Shown: one piece after another, positions 41,793 to 54,449 of the stretch
How positions within the stretch are numbered: position 1 is the stretch's first letter
Layout: each line of letters starts with the position of its first letter
Source of the DNA: Octopus vulgaris
Lineage: Eukaryota
DNA: 64,000 nt
Direction: 5' to 3'
Assembly (NCBI GenBank): GCA_951406725.2
Contig: OX597828.1
Location: forward strand, 24,924,001-24,988,000
Notes under the pieces: model-generated
What the model saw: the letters and a program-made list of their open reading frames with translations, nothing else
Databases searched by the model: none
Told to the model about the DNA's origin: nothing
Program-made: the position numbers and the translations under genes

Positions 41793-41906
41793 ATAGACAT
41801 AGATATACATACATACATACATATATATACATATATATATAATATATATATATATATGAAATTACAATGTATGTAAACAAAGTTTGCTTTTTTCGAAACG
41901 TTGTGA

Positions 41907-41950
<44 letters not shown>

Positions 41951-42200
41951 TGTAGGCGCCCATATGTAATGAAAAATAATGCAGGGATAATGATTGATCT
42001 CATATTTCGTTATCTTATTTCGAAATACTCTATTCAGTCCAGTACTCTCTATTTACTCAAAAACTCTGTTTCTCATATTTCAGTATAGAAAGTTTTCAAT
42101 TTCACATAAAAAGAAAAACTTCTAATGGCTCTTTATGTTACGCTGAAACGTACTTGCGCATACTCAGAAATTCTCACACGCTTACTCTCTATCATGCACG

Positions 42201-42241
<41 letters not shown>

Positions 42242-43165
42242 GTGTATGTATGTATGTATGTATGTATGTATGTATTATGTATGTATGTGTGTAAGTATTG
42301 TGTATGTATGTATGTGTGTATGTATTCATTAACACACACACATACACACGCATTCGCATTTATGTATATATTCTCGCACATATTCACACATATAATTATA
42401 ACACACTTCTGCACAATATAGCCGAAAATTAGAAAAATATTTGTTAAAAATACACACATCTAATATACATATATCAACGTACGTATATACACAAATGACT
42501 ATATATATATGTATGTGTGTTTACGTATATTTATACACCTATATATTTAAGCACACACACGCACACATATACGATACATACTTGATCATATTTCTAAATT
42601 GAAATTGAATTATAATGGCAATATAAAAAATACTAAGGATGATGATGATGATTTCAGTGGAATTACTTTTAGTATATTTTTGCTATATGAATATAAATAA
42701 ACAGAAGATGCTTTCCCAAATTCCCCGATATCAATTTGCTATATTTAACAGGTTTATCTAAATGTGTGATTTGACATACGAAACGATCTCTACATTTGCA
42801 TGAGTGAGGTGATCGTCTGCTTTTAGACGTTTCTGCGAATTGTGATCGTCTGCAGTGTTAAATTACATGCTTATTCATATCGTCTGTTGTATTTGTCTAC
42901 ATTTTCATTAGGTGAGGGGTATGTGTTTGATGATATGCGGTATATGCACTAATGTATTAATTAGTTACAGTTATGGGGTTGTAATGTAGACGAGATCCGG
43001 TTAACTTAGCTGCCAATAGAATATATACTTTGCGTGACTTCAGACAGACAAATAGACAAATGGAGAGAGACATAGATAGAGATGGATAGATAGATAGATA
43101 GATATACAATTAGACAATTGTACTGACGCATATGTGTATGTGCGCACAGTTATACATACATATAC

Positions 43166-43229
<64 letters not shown>

Positions 43230-43258
43230 CATACATACATACATACATACATACATAC

Positions 43259-43312
<54 letters not shown>

Positions 43313-43491
43313 AAAAAACGAATAGAAATGTCTTTACTGCTGATTTTTCTACTTTGAAAATTAGATGTCTACATCCAATTATGAAAGTTGAAAAATTATC
43401 AGAAAAACCATTTCTATTCATTATTTTTTTATTTTAGATATATAATACTGTACCAAGGATATTCTATTTCTTATTCTACTATATATATATA

Positions 43492-44754
43492 TCAGGTCAT
43501 TAAGAATGAAATGTTCGATTTTCAACTGAAAGTATATTTTACTTTATCGCAACAAAAAGCAATACAGTTGATCAAAGTATGCACCTAAATTGTCAGCATA
43601 ATTTGCCATTTATCGGTAACTTATGCCGGCAGCGAAAAATTCTGGAGAGCAAGAAGTGATGAAATCACAAAGGACTTCAGATTTGAAGTTTTTTCCTTGC
43701 AAAATGTTGTCTAATGCCTGGAAAATGTGTTAGTCAGTTGGTACAAGGTCTGGTGAATATGGTGGATGGCAAAGTACTTCTAAGTTCAGTTCCTGTAACT
43801 TGAGTAGTGTTCTTTGTGCAATATGTGGTCGAGCATTGTCTTGCAAGAGAATTGGCCTGTCTGTATTGACCAATCCCTATTGTTTAATTGCAAGTTCACT
43901 CATCATTTCATCCAATTTGTTGATGTATATATCCTCTCTAATTGACTTGCCAGGTCGTATGAAGTTATAGTGGATGACACCAGTGCTGGACCCCATACAT
44001 ATATTATTAGCTTTTTTTTATGAATATTCTTTTTTGGGCTGTGTTTTGGCACTTTGTCTCTATCCAACCACGATGCAGAACGCTTGATATTGTTGAAAAG
44101 AATCCATTTTTCATTAGACTTAACAATACGATGCAAACATGGTTCGCTTTTATGCAGAGACATCATAGAACAGCGAGTTTCAAGACGACGTATCATTTGA
44201 TACTCGTTCATTTCGTGTGATACCCACTTGTCCAGCTTCTTTACCGTGTCGATTTGTTTCAGATGGTCCAATACAGTTGGAATCGAAACATCAAACCTTG
44301 CTGCTAACTCATGCGGAGTTTGAGATGTATCCACTTCCACTACAGTTTCCAACTCATCATTATCCACCTTGGTCTCAGGTCTACCACGGGGCTGATTTTC
44401 AAGAGTAAACTCACCAGACCGGAACTTCTCAAACCATCGGCATTCAATGCGTTCATTCACCAAATCCTCACCAAACACTTCGTTGATGTTTCGAGCTCCC
44501 TGAGATGCATTGGTTCCACGACGGAACTCATATTCATAAACAACGCAAATTTTTTATCTATCTATGGGTTCACAGAAATTGATTTGCAAGAGAAAACTCA
44601 CAATACAATCAGACACCATGAATTGCATTTCGAAAAGTGATGATGTAACTCTTCAATGTTGTAAAAGAAAGAATTGTCAGGATAAAATATTAAGGTTAAC
44701 GAATGTTAAACTTGGTGCATAAGAAAACTGGACATTTCATTCTTAATGACTTGA
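43492..44754 (-). mobile_element. Full-length decayed mariner (D34D), 1263 bp
   Basis: TIRs tcaggtcattaagaatgaaatg / catttcattcttaatgacttga with TA flanks; QDNARPH...HPPYSPDLVPTD with 34 residues between the last two Asp. Confidence 0.95.
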
Positions 44755-44829
44755 TATATATATACATATATGTGTGTGTGTGCGTGTGTTGTGTATTCTG
44801 TAAACAATAATAATAATAGTACTTTATAA

Positions 44830-45520
44830 ACTTAAAGTTTTAACGATCACTGCGCAATGACTAAAGAAAATAGTCTAATGATGGGGGGGGGTATGAGCTC
44901 CTCACCCCTCGACAGAAAAAAGTAGGCTTTTCTTTTCGCGTGATATTCGAACTCACACCCCTCTATTTACGCTACTAATTATACTAGTGAGTCTACCTGC
45001 ATCTTGCCGTCAGATTTAAGAACTATAATTAGTTGGTAGTTGTTTTTGTAAGCTTAAAGTTTATAGCAATCACCGTGCAATGACTAAAGACCATATCTAA
45101 TAATGGGGCATATCAGCTCTCGACAGAAAAGAATTTTTGTTTCCCGTACGCATTGGCCTCGAACTCACACAGCTCTGTTTACGCGACCGAGTGTGCTACC
45201 AATTACACTAGCGAACCTACTTGCCAGTTTTCTGCCAGATTTAAGAACTATAATCAGTTGGTAGTTGTTTTTGTAAAACTTTCCTGTGCATTTTTACTGC
45301 GAATGTTTTCTTTTTTGAGCAGTGCCAATTTTTACATTTCTGTAAATGAAAATAATAGTATTTTTATGGGCTTAAAATTTATATCGATCACCGTGCAATG
45401 ACTAGAGAACACAGTCTAATGATGGGGCATATGAACCCTTAACAGAAAAAGAAATAGGGTTTCCGTACGCATTGGACTCTACCCACACCCTAGGTGTGCT
45501 ATCGATTACACTAGTGAACC
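44830..45520 (-). repeat. Three diverged tandem units carrying a tRNA-like head
   Basis: gcaatgacta.aga..tctaat.atggg recurs near 44850, 45075 and 45395; minus-strand ggttcgctagtgtaattggtagcac..cgcgtaa..gagttcga. Confidence 0.75.
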
Positions 45521-45789
45521 CTTAAGGAACAGAGGTTTCAAATTATTTACTATATACAGCACCTGAAAAAAGATGGGATGGTCAGAGCAGCAGAGGTTCA
45601 ATGATAAATGATCTTCATACTTTTTGGCTCTTAGAGGTTAAACTACTTTTAAACTATAGTTTAAATCGCTTAGATATACGCAGGTATGGAAATATGAAGT
45701 TACATAGATAGACTGACCGACAGATGGACGATCGGGCAGTAGACAGACGGACGTACGAACGGATAGAGAGACAGGCATTTTATTTAGGC

Positions 45790-45867
<78 letters not shown>

Positions 45868-46391
45868 ATAAATAAATAAATAGATGGATGGATGAATGGA
45901 TGGATGGATGGATGGATGGATGGACGGATCGAAGGTTGGCTAGGTATATATAGCTAGATATATAGACAGACGACTAGCCAGAGAGAGGCAGAGACAGAAA
46001 TCAAAAGATAGACAGATAAATGCGAAGATAGACGAATAAACAACAACACAATGAATGCAGATATATTCAGAGGAGAGCATTTATATCTGGTATCAAAAGA
46101 TACCCTCAATAAGACGAAGTAGATTATAGACTTATAATAACGAGTAACACTTAACTGATTTCTAAACTTACAAAACGAAAATATAAAATTATCAATGAAA
46201 GGAGGAAAAAATGAAGAGAATAAGAAAGAAGATAACCAAAACTCTTGAAAATATTGAATATATAAGCAATTGTTTGAAGCTATTTTACAGTGAGAAATGT
46301 CGTCGGGTTATTGTAAAATTCAATTGAAAAGTTACAGATGATGCATTCCAGCAGCGAGATATTATCTGTAGAAATATAAAGAAATGTACGC

Positions 46392-46459
<68 letters not shown>

Positions 46460-46785
46460 TATTCATGTACACAGAATTAACTGGTATACATATTTGTATG
46501 GATGTGTATACATATATATGTGTGTATGTATACATGTATATATGTGTGTGTGTATGTGTGTATGTGTGTGTGTCTGTGTGTGTACAAAAGTTTACAGAAG
46601 TTTACTATCCTGGGTATAAAAGAATATACACACATGTATAATATGCACACACACACACACACACATACAAAGGGTGAGGTGTGTGTGTGGATATATGAAT
46701 ACACATATATATATGTATGTATATATGTATGTATGCGTGTATGTATGTATATATACACACTTCTAAGCATCTATACATATGTATG

Positions 46786-46836
<51 letters not shown>

Positions 46837-46845
46837 ATATATATG

Positions 46846-46924
<79 letters not shown>

Positions 46925-47365
46925 CACATATCATATATGCTTATATATGTTATAAGGATTCAATATAATCTATGTGTATACACACACAAACAACATGTGT
47001 ACACACACAGACACACACATGCCAACAAACTTGTGTGGAAACTCGACTGTTTTGTGTTAAATTGCAGTTTTCAAAATTTCTTTCGCTAAGGCAAGGATTC
47101 TCTGCTATAACATTATAATTCAAAGGTGAACATTAGCAACAATCACGTGTGTGTGTGTACGTGCATATGTGTACATGTGTGTGTATATATATATATCTAT
47201 ACATATACATATGCGCACCCACAACGTACCAGCGTAATAGATCTGATAAAGATATGTATGCGCTTATATATGTTCGAATAAGTTTTGGTATTTGTATGAG
47301 TTCGGAAACATGGATGTTTCCATATAAATATACATATGTGTTGGTGTGTTGCTCTTATAAATGTA

Positions 47366-47558
47366 TACTCTTTTACTCTCTTTTACCTGTTTCAGTCGTT
47401 TGACTGCGGCCAAAATCGATCCTGGGACTTATTATTTGTAAGCCCAGTACTTATTCTATCGGTCTCTTTTGCCGAAACGCTAAGTGATTGGGACGTAAAC
47501 ACACCAGCATCGGTTGTCAAGCAATGCTAGGGAGACAAACACAGACACACAAACATAT

Positions 47559-47595
<37 letters not shown>

Positions 47596-47691
47596 AAATT
47601 GATCTGAGAACATAATCTTTTGTGGAGAATGGCGATTTGACGTCTATATCTAGCATGTTGACTGTCCATTTTTCGTGTTCAGTCCTTAATT

Positions 47692-47733
<42 letters not shown>

Positions 47734-47898
47734 TACGACAGGCTTCTTTCAGTTTCCGTCTACCAAATCCACTCACAAGGCATTGGTCGACCTGGGGCTA
47801 TAGCAGAAGACACTTGCCCATGACGCCACGCAGTGGGACTGAAGCCGGAACCATGTGGTTGGTAAGCAAGCTACTTGCCACACAGCCACTCCTGCGCC
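47366..47898 (-). mobile_element. SINE family A with an about 95-bp insertion in its central (TA)n
   Basis: Matches 13628-14058; extra sequence at about 47597-47693. Confidence 0.9.
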
Positions 47899-47900
47899 TA

Positions 47901-47943
<43 letters not shown>

Positions 47944-48008
47944 TTGTAAAAAATGAAGTTCGAAAATGCTGCTGTATTATACAATTTTTAATTTTTATAT
48001 ATACATTA

Positions 48009-48043
48009 TAACATGTTTCAGTTCCTGAAATGAACCTTATCAA
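48009..48043 (-). ncRNA. Hammerhead core with U3:A8 variant
   Basis: TTGATAA-ggttc atttcag gaact-GAAA-CATG-TT; 5-bp stem II, palindromic stem III, stem I not evident. Confidence 0.5.
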
Positions 48044-48289
48044 AAGAAGTTATATATAAAAAAAGACAGCTCATGCCGTCAAACACAAGAAATTCATTTA
48101 TAATACACAACGGAGTCAGACATCTTAGAGTTCATGTATAGTTGATATATAGTTCATGTATAGTTGATATATAGTTTGAAGTATATGTTCAAAGTGTTCG
48201 ATGCAGTGGCCCACGGTGGCGATACGTATTCAATACAAAAAACAGATCAAAGTGGTGGAAAGCGGTCAATACAGAAGATTGAGTAAAAG

Positions 48290-48361
<72 letters not shown>

Positions 48362-48439
48362 ATATATATTATTCTTTTACTCAATCTTCTGTATTGCGGC
48401 TGTGGTCATGCTACAGCACCACCGTGGTCTTTCTGATTT

Positions 48440-49017
48440 CCTGAGTCTGGGGTGTTTCACATCACCACTCCTAAATGTAACTTTGTCCCAGCTGTTGGCC
48501 CATTTGATGTGTAAGGTAGTTTGATTCTGCTGCCCTCGTCTGTACCTCATGTCAGGCTGTTGGTTCATCTGGTTTTGTGGAGAGGAGGGTGTCTAGTTCC
48601 TTTTTCAATACATCTACTTCCACCTTATGCAGATTTCTTAATTTTTGTGGCAGAGCATTGAAGAGCTGTCGGCTTTTGAACCCTAGACTATTTCAATGGC
48701 TGGTCCTGAATTTAGATGATATACTACAATGGCGGCCAGTCCTGGCATTTGTATAACACTCAATGCCGAAATTAGATACTAGCCCTTCTGTGATTTTCCA
48801 TATACTCTTTTACTCTTTTACTTGTTTCAGTCATTTGACTGCGGCCATGCTGGAGCACCACATTTTAGTCGATCAAATCGACCTCGGGACTTATTCTTTG
48901 TAAGCCCAGTACTTATTCTATCGGTCTCTTTTGCCGAACCGCTAAGTAACGGTGACGTAAACACACCAGCATCGGTTGTCAAGCAATACTAGGGGGACAA
49001 ACACAGACACACAAACC

Positions 49018-49053
<36 letters not shown>

Positions 49054-49600
49054 CATATATACGACAGGCTTCTTTCAGTTTCCGTCTACCAAATCCACTC
49101 ACAAGGCATTGGTCGGCCCGGGGCTATAGCAGAAGACATTTGTCCAAGATGCCACGCAGTGGGACTGAACCCGGAACCATGTGGTTGGTTAGCAAGCTAC
49201 TTACCACACAGCCACTCCTACGCCTGTATATTATTACATACTTCTCAGGCCTTCGCTCCAGGGAGTTAAGTTGCAGTTTTCTCAGCCTATCCCTGTAGTT
49301 CATCCGTTGCAGCTTCAATCTTTTTAGTGTAGTGGCGTTGGACTGCTTCAAGTTCCGCTGTTAGTTTGGCACTATGTGGTGACCATAACTGGGAGCAGTG
49401 GTCCAGGCGGATGAGAACAAAGTTTCTTCACAGGGTCAACATAGTTTCTTGGTTTCATGTCTTGAAGGACCTCAGTATCCATCCTGCCAGTTGTTTACAC
49501 TTTGCTTCCATCTTGGTAATGCGCATATAAAATGATGCGTCATTGCACATACTGATCCCCGAATCTTTCGATGCCTGTGATCTGGTATTGTAGTGCATTC
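48440..49600 (-). mobile_element. CR1-like LINE 3' fragment interrupted by a SINE
   Basis: FVLIRLDHCSQLWSP..ELEAVQR..NYRDRLRKLQLNSLERR..YVIIY|WKITEGLV..NARTGRHC continuous across the SINE. Confidence 0.85.
48803..49224 (-). mobile_element. Full-length SINE family A
   Basis: Near-identical to 13628-14058 and 60863-61276. Confidence 0.93.
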
Positions 49601-49603
49601 ATG

Positions 49604-49648
<45 letters not shown>

Positions 49649-50076
49649 CATACAGATATATATATATATGTATGTATGCGTGTATATATGTATATATTTA
49701 CATATATATATATGAGAGAGAGAGAGAGAATAATGTTTATATGCCAACAGGATGTGGCAGCCCTATAAAGGACGATGTTACTGTTGTTTTAGCCCCAGGA
49801 AAACATCTTATCCAACTGGCTATTGACACAGTTTGTGTCCTTATAGCATTTGCAAGGGAGGCCATAGATACAAATATGTACACAGACACACACACATACA
49901 CACATGTATATATATATATACAAATATACATACACACATATATATATATATATATATATTTTATGTTTATATGTGTATCTATTTGTATGTATTTATATAA
50001 ATATATAAACATACACACACACATACACATGCACGCGCGCGTGCACACACACACACACACATATATAGGCAATATA

Positions 50077-51192
50077 CAGGGTGCGTAAGATATTTGAGGA
50101 CAGATTTATGCGTATTAAAAATATATATATAATGACAGATAATAATTTTATTTATCAAAAAATGCTATGAGGATAAAAATAAACCTTCTTTTCTATAATG
50201 TTATTCAATAAAGCCACATTCAGCTTCAACTACTACTATTAATCCAATGGAATGAGATCTGGGGAATTAGGAGGCCAAATGTTAAGGGTTGTGTGATCAT
50301 GAAAATTTTCAGCCATCCATTCCTGTGTTACTAGAGCCATGTGTGATTGTGCAGAGTCTTACTGAAACATATATGGATTTCCATTGCATACACTGTCTAT
50401 CCAGGTCTTAACAAATATTTCCAGGACCTCAACGTAAGTGGCAGAGTTAACTTTAAGGACTTGTGAAAAGATGTAAGGATGTACTACATATCCTTCAACC
50501 CCTAAAACCATGACAGTTGCTGGAAATTTTGTATGCATAACACTTGGAACTTCAGAAGGATCTGCACCATCTGTCATTTCTTCTGTTAAGTTTTTGATCT
50601 TGGTCGAAGTTTTGCTCGTTTGAGAAAAACCAAATCAAATTTTCTGCTGGATTTTTCAATTTGTTTAAGAGCCTTTTAGATCTGATGTAGTGATTTTCTT
50701 TTGCTTTTTTTTTTTTTTTGACAAATTGACCTTTCCTCATCATATAAGATTCTTATCACACGTCTTCGGGGACAACATTTCTGACTCTTCCTTCTGACAC
50801 ATGGAGATCTTTTGTAATTGACCACATGGACTTTCTGGGATTGTAATCAATGGTCTGTTGAACTTGCTGGATAAAGTCATGTGTTCTGATGATTTCAGGG
50901 CGTTTAGAATGCGTTTTATGCTTTGATACTGGTGATACATTTCCATCTTCAGTCTCTAGCTCCTTACAAACTTTGGTGACGAAACATCTGGCAACTTTTA
51001 AAAATCGAAATATTTCTAAATTGCTATGCTCAACATTTATAACCACAATAACAGCATGCCTCTTCATTTCTTGAGTAAGCTGTGGGTCTGCCTTTATTAT
51101 TTTCTGAAACAAAGATTATACAGAGTTAGCAAAAAATGCAGCAATGACCGCAAAAAGGTATGTCCTCAAATACCTCTATTTATGCGCACATA
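50077..51192 (-). mobile_element. Decayed maT/DD37D Tc1/mariner transposon
   Basis: WFFSNEQNF, KFPATVMVLGV and Q*DSAQSH...WPPNSPDLIPLD with 37 residues between the Asp; partial TIR tatttgaggaca / tgtcctcaaata. Confidence 0.9.
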
Positions 51193-51719
51193 TACAAAGG
51201 TATATTCACTGCAGTTACCGTGGAGAAAAAGGTGTAAAAGCACCATATCTGTCCAATGCTTCCACCTGTCGGTTTCTAGCTTTTTAGTCATTAACAGTAG
51301 GAAATACCGAAGAAAGACAGACCTTATAAAAGCCGTGGCCTTAACTAAAATACAGTTAAGAACTTCGACTGTCACAAATATGTGCGCATGTGTGTATACG
51401 TGTGTGTGTCTGTCTGTGTGTCTGTCTGTGTGTCTGTCTGTATGTTTGTTTATCTATGATGTGCATACGTATTTCACCCGCCCGTGCCACGCTTTCTCCG
51501 AACTCTTATTTAATTTCTCATATATTGAGAAGCAATATCATTTTTCGGAAATATTATAGAAGCAGTAAATAACCTATGTAAGTATGTACAATATCTTCAC
51601 TTTGCATTTATTTATTGTTGTCGCCTTACATAGTTTTACCTCTAAATGTGTGTGTGTGTGTGCGTGTGTGTGTTTGTGCATGTAAATGGATGTATATATG
51701 TATGTGTGTATGAATTTCA

Positions 51720-51900
51720 CTACTGCCCACAAGGGGCTAAACACAGAGGGGACAAACGGATCATGTCGATTACATCGACCCCAGGGCGTAACTGGTACGT
51801 AATTTATCGACCCCGAAAGGATGAAAGGCAAAGTCGACCTCGGCGGAATTTGAACTCAGAACGTAACGGCAGACGAAATACGGCTACGCATTTCTGCCAT
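51720..51900 (-). mobile_element. SINE family B copy
   Basis: Core and type-2 tail. Confidence 0.88.
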
Positions 51901-52034
51901 GTATGTGTGTATGAGTGAAGGTTGTATTAGAAAGATTTACATATGCACACACATATATATACACTTACGTACATTCATACATAGGCACATATACGTGTAT
52001 ACTGACATATATATATGTGAGTGTGTGTAATATG

Positions 52035-52088
<54 letters not shown>

Positions 52089-52432
52089 AATATATGTATG
52101 CAAATATATGCATATATGTATATGTATTCAATATATGTGTATATATACATATTTAGATATAATTTATACGTGTGCGTGTTTGTGAATGTGTGGCTAAATT
52201 ATATTAACCTAATAAATACCCAAGACAATGACCTAAGACACCCGGTTGTGTCTCGCTCCGCCCAGTCCCTCACCCCCGAAAATTCAGCATTCCTTTCACG
52301 TCCCTTCTCATACCTTGTTCCCTTAACAAAATCAACTTTAAATTGTTAAAGCTAGAAGAAATATCATTTTAAATCAAGTTAAAAACTGAACACATGATAA
52401 AAGAAAAAAGTATTATGAAAAGCAAAGAAGCA

Positions 52433-52487
<55 letters not shown>

Positions 52488-52777
52488 TACATACATATAC
52501 ATAGATATATGTACATACACGCACATATATATACACAAGTATATATACATATATATATATGTATATATATATATATCCATAAACATATATAGAGACATAT
52601 ATATGTATATATGTTTATAAACATATATATATATATGCTTATATATGTATACATAAGTATATACATATATATGTATATATATATGTTTATATATATGTGT
52701 GTGTATACATATATATACATGTATATGCACATATATATACATATATATACTCATTTATATATATTCATGTATATATA

Positions 52778-52829
<52 letters not shown>

Positions 52830-53049
52830 TATGCACACACTCACACATGTTTATATAGCTAAACACACGTAATATCTTTATATTCGGGTTTAAACGTATA
52901 TACACAAAACATTCTTGTATATATGATCAAAAATTTGTTATTAAATAATATTTTGTCGCTCATACGTATGTGTGTGTATAAGTGTGTGCGTGTATTGGAA
53001 AACGATTATGTGACATACAAAAGAGAAAGACACATAGAGAGGGAATGTG

Positions 53050-53138
<89 letters not shown>

Positions 53139-53265
53139 ATGTTTTGTAAGAGAGGTGCGAGGACGGTATAATGAGTTCCCTGTTTAAAAGCTGTGCTGAA
53201 TTACTGAGAGAATATGAATGTTTGTATTTGTATATGCATGCATATCTCTTTATTTCTCTACCGGG

Positions 53266-53342
<77 letters not shown>

Positions 53343-53354
53343 AGATAGATAGAT

Positions 53355-53399
<45 letters not shown>

Positions 53400-53402
53400 T
53401 TA

Positions 53403-54130
53403 AGAGGTCTGATCAATAAGTATCCGGACTAATGCTATAGTAACGAAGCTAAAACACGCAGAGTGAACCCGCCTAGCACAGATTGATCTTACGCTCTGCT
53501 GTGCATCCGCACTAAGTTTTAACGTTGTAGCTCACTTCTACTGGTTACAACAATGCTTGGAAGAAACGTGCGTAGCGTGTGATCGTCACATTGACCATGA
53601 CAGACAAAGTTGTCATGCCGATGCCTGCTCAGATACCTACGCAAAGTTATAGAAAGTGTATAGAGACGAGAGCATGAGCCGCACTCATGTGTACGAGTGG
53701 TTCAGACGTTCTGGGATATCCGCAACCAGCAGGACTGAGAAAATCATCGTAAATGTACGTACAGCTGTGAGGAGAAATCGTTGAATCACCATCCTTAAGT
53801 TCAATCCATTATCACTGAAAATTTGGGTATGAGACGCATGCCTGCCAAGTTTGTGCCAAAAATTGCTTTCAGCTGACCAAAAAGACACTCGGGCTTCAGT
53901 TGCACAAGATCTCCTTGATTGTGCCGAGAACGATGTAAACATTTTGAAAATTTTGCGTAGGACTCTGAGCGGGTATCGCCAAGCTTTTGACAAAATTTGA
54001 CGCCGATTCTCTGCTCAACTTTCTCTGTCATATTCATTGCAACGATCAATAGCGGAACTGAGCTAGTACATTGAAATTTAGTGCACATGCACAGCAGAGT
54101 TCAAAGTCAAGCGGCTTTAGTCTGCATGCT
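53403..54130. mobile_element. Two mariner 5' halves fused in opposite orientation
   Basis: Plus: TIR-like gaggtctgatcaataagtatccggact, MSRTHVYEWFRR..MRRMPAKFVPK; minus 53955-54130: MTEKVEQRIGVKFCQKLGDTRSESYAK. Confidence 0.85.
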
Positions 54131-54289
54131 GGATTGCCTCGTACTTATATGTTTAATCTAGGTGTACCTGTTGAAGAAGACTTCGCCTAGCAATTACATT
54201 ATTTGCTAAAAAAAGGTCAGAAACCATGTTCCAGGAGATAGATAGTAAATGTTTTAACTTTTCATTCCCTTCGAAGTTTATCTCTAATA

Positions 54290-54366
54290 GTGATTTGGAC
54301 TTTAGCTGTTCCTTCTAGCGTGCCAGGAATTCTATGATAGATGTCTCTTATGTGTTTAAATGTACA

Positions 54367-54370
<4 letters not shown>
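54290..54370. mobile_element. Half copy of the CAGTG fold-back MITE
   Basis: tctcttatgtgtttaaatgtacactgta is identical to the 62090-62229 terminus. Confidence 0.7.

Positions 54371-54447
<77 letters not shown>

Positions 54448-54449
<2 letters not shown>

Noticed and set aside
43903-44478. Domesticated or active transposase (191-aa ORF)
   Set aside because: First catalytic Asp replaced (KSNEKW), frameshifts and stops present; ordinary decay
48129-48172. 22-bp tandem duplication (similar ones near 41562 and 62808)
   Set aside because: Routine slippage duplicates with no sign of function
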